Source: Camelus dromedarius
Lineage: Eukaryota
NCBI RefSeq assembly: GCF_036321535.1
Contig: NC_087436.1
Coordinates: 100,814,001 to 100,878,000 of the forward strand
Reading direction: 5' to 3'
DNA length: 64,000 nt
Every line of letters begins with the position of its first letter. The stretch's first letter is position 1. The translations under genes were made by a program, and so were the position numbers. The notes under the pieces are model-generated. The model did no database searches and had not been told where the DNA came from. It saw only the letters and a program-made list of their open reading frames with translations. This document shows positions 54,389-64,000 of this stretch, one piece after another.

Positions 54389-56514
54389 TAGGATATATTT
54401 TGTGGAACAAAATGCAGTCCTCATACTCAGCCTGGAGCAGGCTGGGGGATGGGGGGAATCACTGGAAGCAGTAGTAGGTGCTAAGAAAAAGTCTAATGGG
54501 AATAGCCTATACTTAGCGGTCACAAGGCTACACATATGAACTAATTAGTTATGTTTCTTTGCTCATGGATGGTAGCTATTTTATAGTTATTTTAATAAAA
54601 GTTGTCAGGACCTCTGGTTGGCAGTTGTACAAATCCTTCAGTAATAAACTTGGGAAATAAAATTTACTTTTGGCTTATACACAGCTTGTATCATAGATGA
54701 AATTTTGCAAAGCATGGAGCCATGAAGGAAAGGTATTGTATGTGATGGAAAATGGAAAAAAGAAAGCTCTCTTCTCTTACTCTTTTAATGTGGGTGTATT
54801 TTAATAAGAACCATTGTAGGCAATGTGCCAACCTGTTTCAGTTCAAAAAATTTTATTTACCTTCTTGTAGCAACCTGATGGGTACACATTAAATGGGTAG
54901 GATCGTGGGCAATTTATGTCATTGCTTTTCAAACAGAGAATCATGATCCCCCAGTTGGTGACTGAACCCACTTGGAAATTTGTAACCAGTTTACACCATG
55001 TTCATATTATTTTGTAAATATTTTGTTTTTTTTTTAAATATGTGTATGTTTATTTATATGGGTGAACTTGGTCCCTGCATAAAAGCAGTATTTGATTCTG
55101 GGTCACACTGAATCTGTAATTTAAATCGTATCACATAGAAATCTGTGTGTTCCTAACTATTTCTGAGTGTGCTGTGCATTATATGATATTTAATACAAAA
55201 TACAATTTTAATATGCAACAGTGTCATGTAAATTTTAAATTGTACTTTTAGCTGTCATTTCAAGTTGTGCTTCAGAGGCTAAAGTTTGATCCTTATTAAA
55301 AAGGAATTCAGATAACTCAAAGAATAAGAGGTAGTCACGTCCCCAGTAACCACTTCAGGAAGTCTACCGTCAATACAGTTTCTTACCTTGAGACATTCTG
55401 AATTTACAGTTAATTCCCTAGATTCCAATTTTCTAGAATTATGTATAATTGTGATGAGCCTTCTCATAATCCACTTAAATCCTCTGATAGACTTTGATTT
55501 ACTTCAATCAGCAAAATGGCAACAGACCGTTTAAAAAAAGAGGACTTAATATGACTTCTTAAAGTCATAGAGACATTAAGATGTAGGGCACATTTAAGCT
55601 GCCTAATTGTACCACTGGTCTAATGCCTAAATATTAATCTGTCACAATGTCAAATTACATTTAGACTTTTTTTTTTTTTTTTTTTTTTAGTAAAACGTGT
55701 CTGTGCTTAACAAACTCATAGTGCAAAAAATTCAGGAGTGCAATTAGAATGTCGTCTCTTCTGCAGATGACTTAAGAAAAGCATGAATCAGAGCTGAACA
55801 GTCAACATAATTTCACAGATAATCGTGAAAAAATTATGGTTCTGCAACAACTCAGAGAGTACAGTGAGGTTAGCAGGCAGTGATGATCAACTATTTATCT
55901 CTACCATCTGCCAAGCATGCTCTTTATTTAAGTCATTTTTTTTTCTTTTTTTCTTTTTTGCCAATGTTTTCAGTGTTGACTTTGCCAGCAGTGGGCATCA
56001 TGTAGGAAACGAGGTTTCACGGTGCAAACAGATTTTTCCATGTATTCAGTGAATTTGCTTCACTGGCTCTTAGGCGAAGAAGACTGGCTGGAAGGAATTA
56101 ATTTTAGAAAGCTTTTGTGTTTTGCCCAGTGTCTTGTACACTTCAAATGAATCAATCCTATAACAACAAAAGCGATAAAACTACAAGTTCTGTAACAATG
56201 GAAATCATCACTAAAGCATACGCTTTGGGATTTTCCTTTAAGTGACATACTTAAAATTTATGAGTACTGTACTCGGTGAGTACCTAAGTGAATCAATTGG
56301 TGGGAATCTTGCTACTTTGTCAACCTTCTCTATCTTCCAAATAAGCCAAGGGCTAGTGGAATTAGGACTTGCCATGGCAGGACAGGGGAACTCAAAGGAA
56401 ATTCCAGTGTGCAGAGAAAGTAAGAGATGGACTTCACTACACAAAGCTGGTGTGAAGGTTTCAGGTTCAGGAAGAGAGTTTCCACTATTATGGTAACATA
56501 ACCTGCAAAAATAT

Positions 56515-56770
56515 ATGCATTCATTCAAGAAATATTGATACACCAGGTATTATTCTAAAACTTTACATATATTTACTCATTCAATTCTCACAGCAACCTT
56601 GTGGGGCAGGTTGTATATTACCCCCATTTTACAGATGAGGAAACTAAGGTACAGAGAAGTTAAATGAGTTTTACCCAAGAGTTTGCATCTAGTGAGCAAT
56701 GAAATGAGGCTGCAAACCCATATATTCAGACTTCAGAACTCTGCTCTTAACCACTATACCATACTCCCTC
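56515..56770 (-). mobile_element. MIR SINE
   Basis: Well-preserved core cccattttacagatgaggaaactaagg. Confidence 0.88.
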
Positions 56771-57879
56771 TCAACCAATAACACATCAAGGTACTATAAG
56801 CTCAAGTCATAAGCTTGAAAAAAATCATCTTTGTCGAAGCTGAATTAAAGCAGAAAAGCATTTCCCTAAACACAGAAGAAAGCTGGAAAAAGCAAATGTC
56901 TCTAGACTTCAGATGTAGTAGGAATCGCCACAGTTTTAGTCTGAAATAAGGGGAATATTTTTAGTTTGGACAGACAGAAAGGTGAAAACTCAAGGAGCAT
57001 GTGTGCAGAGGTTCCGGGGCCAGAATAACATTGGGACAGGACTGTTTTTCTTGGAATTTTCTCTCACAGCTGTCCCTCAGTTGATCTTTGAATAGGATGA
57101 AAAATTTTGTATCCAAGTCAAAATAAGGAGTCTAAATTACTATGTCGATAAAAAGCCTCAAACTTCTACTATTATTAAAGCCAAATTCATCTAAGAAAAA
57201 GTTGCATCTTCACAATATGGGTCTATTTTTAATTCTACAGGGTAGAAGGACACCTCAATTATGTGGTTTGGGGATCATTGTCATTCCAGAGACAGAAAAG
57301 CCATGTTTGGAAACCACAGTGTGCTGGACTGAACTTCTGCGAATGGGAGATGCTGGGCCCCTCCTTGGTGAATTGAATGTGAGAAGCAGATATAAATGCT
57401 TTAAGAACAGAAAACAGAAGTATGGACAGTTATTTCTGGCAAACAAGAAAGCATCAAAGAGATTATGTAGGACATATTAATCACAGTTGAGCTGGTTAAA
57501 TTGGGAAAGAACGCCTGACTAAACTAACTTCTTAATAGAAAGTGAACACAAAGAGATATGTGGGTGATATTTATCTAACTTGATTCCCTGTATTGGTCAG
57601 GTAATTGATTGATATTCAAATTTTTACATTATTTGAGAATACGCAGTTGCAACCCACGAAGCTGAGATTTGATCTGTAGGGATGGAGAGAAGTTATGTAT
57701 TATCCTACAAGATAATGATGTAAAAAGAGTGGTGACTTCGAGTACACGTATACCTCGTACTTGTTCATAATGGTATCTCGGAACAGAAGCCCGAGGAACC
57801 GTGCGCAGTGTAAGCCTTCATTTTCATTTTGTGAAAACCTTTACTTTCATTTCCCTTCAATGGAGAGAATCAGTGAATC

Positions 57880-58075
57880 AGAGTGATTAACATCCTGGGA
57901 CCTGAGCAAAGGAAGTCTGTTTGAGTCCACATTCTGTCATTTAGCAGCAAGGTAACCTCAGGCAAGTTACTTAACAGAGTCTGTCACACTGGGCTGCCCG
58001 AAGGATTAAATGAGACAGTGATGCTGAGGGCTCAGCCCGAGGATCTCCATGCAGAAGCATATCGAATATTTTTCT
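57880..58075 (+). mobile_element. MIR SINE (internally deleted)
   Basis: gtaacctcaggcaagttacttaac...aggattaaatgaga. Confidence 0.65.
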
Positions 58076-60689
58076 GCTGTTACCATTACTCCTATTCTAA
58101 CTACTATTCTTGTATCTTTTCCAAACGCATAATTGAATGGTAGAATATTGATTCTAAATTATTGAAACATATTTTTAATCAATGTCCTCTTGTCTTAGAA
58201 CAATTAAAGGAGTCAAAAGCTTACACTTCTAGAATTTTTACCAAGTAACTGTAAGAAAACAATAGCTTTCATATAATAAAAATTAAAATTTCATGTTTTT
58301 GTATTATAAATTATAGTGCCAAATATATATCTTTTAAATAAAGCTGCAGAATAGTAAATGAAAAAAGATGTCCTTTAATGTTAAATTTATTTTAAAATTA
58401 TTTGAATTAATAAATGTTAAAAATGCACATCACAGGAAGCTTGAAGAAGAAATGCAAAGTAATTTAATTTCAGAGACTAGGTGTACATAAGTTAATGATT
58501 TTTCTGACAGGTAGCATTGTATTTTATAATTACTAGCTGTTCAAAGTTAACTGAAACTTAATCTATTGTTACCTGCAGGTATATAATAATAAAGGCTATA
58601 AATTATAATTAGTACTCTGTCACCTACTTAACTAGTTATAATCTCTCATTTCCCCCAAAGAAACAATTTTTACATAATTATTATTTTGCTCACTTCAAAA
58701 TCACATTTTTAACTGCTTAAATCCTAATTTGCTTTTTTAAAATATGAGGACATGAAAAGATGACAAAATTGAGAACTTGAAAGAGATTATGTCCCTTCGA
58801 CATAGTATAATCGCTAACCTATTACTTGGGTGGACTTCACCAGTATATCAGTGCTAAAAAAAAGGAAAAAAGAGTTTAAAGCCTCTTTAAATAGATCAGA
58901 AAGTATAAAAGGTGCAGAATCCCAGTTAATGTGAATTAAATTATCTTCAACAGAGGGGGGAAAAAGTTAAGAAGCAGTTCTCTGTCCTGCATGCTAACTA
59001 GTCTAAATAATGCAGAGCTTAAGTGAAAAAGCAAGAGAATTTAAAAGGGAAAACAAATATCTTGAGACGACTTGTCTTTTAAAGTAACTGTCAAGGAGAA
59101 CTTGCTGCTCTGAATACAAGCTAGCCATGACTTAGGGGATTCGTTTATCCTTTAGGCTGTATTAACAAATGTCATTTAACTATTTAAAATGTTGTCCAGT
59201 CAAAATAAGGACTAATTATCTGCTCATGATATGCCTATATGGCTTCCAAAGAACGCAAGGGGATTTGGTGTGATTAAATGCATTTAAGAATTACAGTCAG
59301 GTTGAGGATTCAGAATAAGATGACCTGAGAAGTATGACTAGTTATACATTATTCATGAGTACGGGAAACAAGTCAAATCAAAAATGCTGCTTATGGTCTG
59401 TCCAGATAGTTAGGGCTAAATATTCCAAAATAGTCAGCATCAGACCTGCCTTTCCTTCTTTGCGTTAAAAAAAAAACTTCTGGGTAAACAGTGATTCACA
59501 TGTAATCATGATGATACTGAATATTTAACCCCAGGGCTACCAACCAAGAAGAAGCACTATGAACTTTTTCCTGCTGAGAAAAATATAAATTAAATCTGCT
59601 ATCTTGCAGATAACTAAAGAGATCCACAATTTTTTTTCTTATAAAACGGAACTACTTTCCAAGCCACTCTCATCATGCTAGATTTGATTATTTTAAAATA
59701 AGTTGGAATAATTTAAATAAATTTTGTATGTGTGATATGCCTTTCCCCCTCCAGACAGTTGTTATAAAATGTTCAGTCATTCCTATTTGGAGTTTAAGGG
59801 TGTTTTTCTACACATGTGGAAAGCTAACAACTACAAATTCTCAACCAGTAATCAGAGTTTCCTGACTGTATCTAAAGGGATGCAGAGAAATAAAATTTCA
59901 TAGAGATAAAATAACTTAAATGGCTAAGCAACTGCAGACTATAGTACTGCTGCTTGCTACACACCCAAGATATCAGCGTTAAATACATTTTTCTTTAATT
60001 AGTTATTCTTGAATTTTTAAGTGATCATTTACAGATGGTAGTCCTTCTAGTTTGTTCCTTTACAGTTAAGACAGCAAATCATAGCTACTGATAATTTCCT
60101 CCCACTCTTCCTTCCTTTCTAGTGCTATTTTGTTATATTAAAAAAAAAAAATAGCCTGCTATATATACTCTGCCTTCTCTCCTCAAAATTTGTCTTAAAT
60201 AAACATTCTATTCAACCTAAATTGAGTTTGATTTAAAAAAAAAAAAAAGTCTTTTTTTTTCCCTCTTGCAGCACCTGGACATGAACATAAGAAAAAAATG
60301 TGCAAAGGACACAACAGCCCAAAGACATCTCTCTGTCTTAACATAACCTGTGAATAGTGACCATGTGCTGATTATACCCAGCACAGCAACATTCATTAAG
60401 ATAAATAGCTGAGCTGTCATGATGAATGGATTGCATTTACCCATGTAAAGTGGTGAGGACAGCTTCGGGTACACAGAAGACTATGTAAGTGTAAGGAAGC
60501 ATCATCGTCATAATCATCATCATAGGACTTGATTATTCAGTGCCTGGCACAATTTAGGGCATCTTTTCTATTGAGAAGATAAAGAAGCAAGTGTTGTGCC
60601 CATTTCCCAGAGGGCTAAAAATAAGAAACAATTGCCAAGTGATCCGTCTAAAAAAAGAAATCTGGAAAGCGAAAGAGGTATAAGGTATT

Positions 60690-60880
60690 TGGCTAAGTTA
60701 AGGATCCTGGGGTAGATACAGTCACTTTCTAATTCTACCACTCACTGTATGAGCTTATGCAAGCTAATTAATCTTGCTTAGCCACTGCCTCCCTACTCAC
60801 TTGGAGGGATGTTTTGAAGAATAAATACGATTCTGCAACCTCAAATTTCTAGACGTGTGCGTGTAAGAAGTTTTCAATGG
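60690..60880 (+). mobile_element. Degenerate MIR
   Basis: aattctaccactcactgtatgagcttatgcaagctaattaatc. Confidence 0.5.
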
Positions 60881-61009
60881 ATATGAGATTGAGAGAGAAA
60901 AGGATGAAGGGATAAAGGAAGAAAGGTGGCATCCTCATTTTATCATCTACTCTTTCGATCACACCTGCCTAGTTTTCAGTGAGCATATGGTGATTGTAAC
61001 ATAAAGACT

Positions 61010-61275
61010 GAAAAAAATACAAAGAAAGGAAAAATAGAATAAAAAAAGACTGAAAGGAAGACAGATGGTGGGAAAGTTAGAGCAGACAAGGGAATGAAAA
61101 GAGGAGAAAAGACGGAACACATACATAGAAGGAAGGAGGGAAGGCAGGAGGGAGAAATAGTTAAGGGGAAGGAAAAAAGGATGGAAAGAAGGAAAAAAGA
61201 AGCAAAGAGTATGAGGAAAGTACGGAGGAAGGAAATAGAAAAAAAAACAGGAAAATCAAAATAGAGAAAAAAAAT
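61010..61275. repeat. GA-rich low-complexity tract
   Basis: Direct observation. Confidence 0.75.
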
Positions 61276-62035
61276 GAGTCTCAGCTTGATGTGTGACCTG
61301 TGGAAGAATTTATATTTACCATTTACTTTATATGGATTTTTCAGCTCTGTTTCAAGGTATAGTGTGCAGATTAACTATAAACATTGACTCTCAAGGGTTA
61401 CAGATTTGTAACAGAATAATCGAGGTTAAATCCATTAGAAGCTGTACTGGAGCTAGTAGTCCCCACCCCCTTCTTTTTTTTTTTTTTTTTTTTTTTTTAA
61501 TGTGTACGGGCAGTCAGTAACAGAAGGCTAAAACATAATTTTAAAAAATGACTCAGCCGGATATTAGCACATTGGCATGAAAAATAACAGGGAACGAGTG
61601 AGCTGATCAATCATTTCCTATCACGAAGGAATAAAATATATACAGCCTACAAAACGAGTCGCAAATAGGAACACGGTAGACAAGTTAATGAAAAAGTATG
61701 GGCCCAGCAAGAAACACAAAAATTGCATTAAGGGAAAGAAAAGGTAGACACGGAACACTGGAACATTTTATAGCATCTGCCCTTAATTCCAAAAACTTTT
61801 CAGCAGGATTCTAGTGACTGAAAAAGGGGAGCAAGCCAACAGGAGCTGTCTGTTAAATATATATTGAGATCTACAGCTTTTCTTTTTCCTTCCTTTACTT
61901 CTTTTAGTTTGATTTTCAAGTATCCGATCTTATCTAGAGTTTTAACTAGCCTTTTCACGGTGTTAAAGAATACATTCAATTTAAGCTCCTTCTAAGTCGA
62001 GTGTTTTAAGGATTTTAAATGAATATCACGACCGG

Positions 62036-62130
62036 TCAGGAGGCCTTCCTGCGGCTCCTGTGCATCTTCAGCTCTTCTTCATCTGCACCATCAGTACCCA
62101 AATGATGGCTTTCAGTTGAGGGTAGGACAT
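62036..62130 (-). other. Candidate alternative or pseudo last exon of PCDH7 with a non-canonical GG acceptor
   Basis: Phase-1 reading (D)VLPSTESHHLGTDGADEEELKMHRSRRKAS*, preceded by CTAAT (62152-62148) and ctgtttttGG. Confidence 0.4.
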
Positions 62131-62171
62131 CCAAAAACAGATTTTAAATTAGATTCTACTCAGATTGACAT

Positions 62172-62238
62172 TCTTTCCTTTCCTTTCTTTTCCTTTCCTT
62201 TCCTTTTCTCTCCCTCCCTCCCTCCCTTCCTTTCTTTC
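62172..62238. repeat. (TTTCC)n/(CCCT)n simple repeat
   Basis: Direct observation. Confidence 0.85.
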
Positions 62239-64000
62239 AGAATTTCTAAACACTAAACACGTTTGAACTAAATTTTTTTAAAGCTGAAAATATGATGGAT
62301 TAGCTTCCCAGAAAAGAAGAACTTCCAAATGACTTGGCTAGGCAGAGGCATATATTTTAAAATATTTTTTAAAAATATTATTTGAGAATTGTTTAATGTT
62401 CCAGAAGAAGAACAACTAATGACCTAAAATTAGTATAGGATTTAAGATGTTCCCAGTGACTGATTTCAATTCTCTGTCAGAGTAAATCTGCGTGCTGTAA
62501 TGACAGCAGAGCTTTCTCAAAATTGACACAAGCTTTGCTCCTGTCTTACCAAGGTGGATGTGGATTTAAAAGAGGATGATGGGTTTTATAAGACTTTGAG
62601 GGGTCATCTCACTTAAATGCAGAATTCTGCACTCAGTGATTTACTCAACAGTTACTTGGTTCTGCCTACAAGGGGATGGTGGGAATTATAGAATTAATTT
62701 AAACATGGATCCTGTCTTCAGGATGTAGAGAATTTAAGAAACGGGGACAAATATATAGGGAACTTCCAATTGTTAGAAAGTAATGACTTTCATAAGATAA
62801 GTATAATAAATTATGTGAAATGTTTATGGAAGAATAAATAATGCTATTTATATTAAAATGAACCCATGTTTGTATTGAGAAATTGTTTATTTGAAACTTT
62901 TGAATTGTCACAGTTCAAAATTTGTTCAAATTATGACTACCTTTTTTTTTGTCCAGCATTTCATTAACATGTCTGTCATTGTCTAATATTTATGAAGTAA
63001 GTTCTGTAAGTTCAATTTTTTTGTACAGAACATTTGGTATCTACTGATATATAGATATTAATTCCTTCTTCAGAGTGAATCCAGTGCACATGTGCAAAGT
63101 CAAGTGGCAAGTTGAAAGAATCTTCTATTTAATAAATAAAATTTAGCTTTTGTCATTGAGTCTGATATTAGAAATGACAACATTGGTCCACAACAGTCCC
63201 CACTCACATTCACAAGAGACATCATGAATAATATCTCCACTCACCCTTCCCAACAGAGACTGACCCCCACTTCCCAGTCCTCCTAAACTCAGTATTGGAT
63301 GAAAGATGAAACCGTTTTTCCACCCCTGATAATTTCAGCCAGTTATCTCCATCTGTCATTTACCTCTACAGAGAAACAGATACAGCTTCATCCAAACTGG
63401 AAAAGTTGTGTTTTTAGCAATACCATAAAGATGCTAATATACTAGTAGGGAAAAACATATTGGTTTGATAAATATCCTTTCTAGAAAATCATTTGGCACA
63501 TTTAGATATACGATGAATAATGGTGGAAAAAATGAATTAATGAATACTAAAATAGTAACTACGTCTCAGTATTATGATAATTCTCATTGCTCTATCAAAT
63601 ATGTCAAATATATACCAGAGTCTTGAGTGCCACTCAATGAAAAGCTCAGTGTCTTTAACGGAACTAAAGGAAAGAAACAGCTCTAAGGCACAGCACCCAT
63701 CGCTAAACTGAGCTGGAACCTAGGGCAACATGGGAAAGTTTAAGTTTGGCCCAGGTCAGTTGGATTCCTGACTTTTTTACTCAAGACAGATTCCAAAGTA
63801 CCTTTAACTCTTTCCCAATGGCTTAAAATTTTGAAGCATAATCCAGCAAACATAATATAAAATTCACAGATTTTTAGTCAGAATGCTACATAATTTCATG
63901 GTTACCACTGGTGCTCACACTTAGCTTAATTTACGTATTTTATGTAACGCTTACTGTTTATTTTCTATCCTACTCACCCTCCTCTATACAACTAGCATTT

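Overview
AT-rich mammalian genomic DNA, most likely camelid (a vic-1-like tRNA-derived SINE is present; no Alu, B1, Bov-tA or PRE-1 elements were recognised). The only well-supported gene is the 3' end of protocadherin-7 (PCDH7) on the minus strand. Its terminal coding exon is at 40005-40381 (CM2 motif, ending ...TLTRREVYL*). A ~3.9-kb 3' UTR probably ends near 36090, and the last intron runs from 40382 beyond the window end. The left ~36 kb is downstream intergenic DNA with L1, L2, MIR, ERV1/MaLR LTRs, DNA transposons and a full-length U2 snRNA pseudogene. Three observations stand out. (1) An exon-like 95-nt segment at 62036-62130 in the PCDH7 intron is in the same phase as the terminal exon and has a branch point, but its acceptor reads GG rather than AG. 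(2) A poly(A)-tailed, TSD-flanked retrocopy of an LTR (4897-5400) appears L1-mobilised and lies near a related LTR. (3) A solo LTR (21257-22037) contains a nested SINE and a 112-bp copy of DNA from 730 bp upstream. Repeat subfamily names were assigned by eye from recalled consensus sequences and need RepeatMasker/Dfam confirmation; boundaries of old repeats are approximate.
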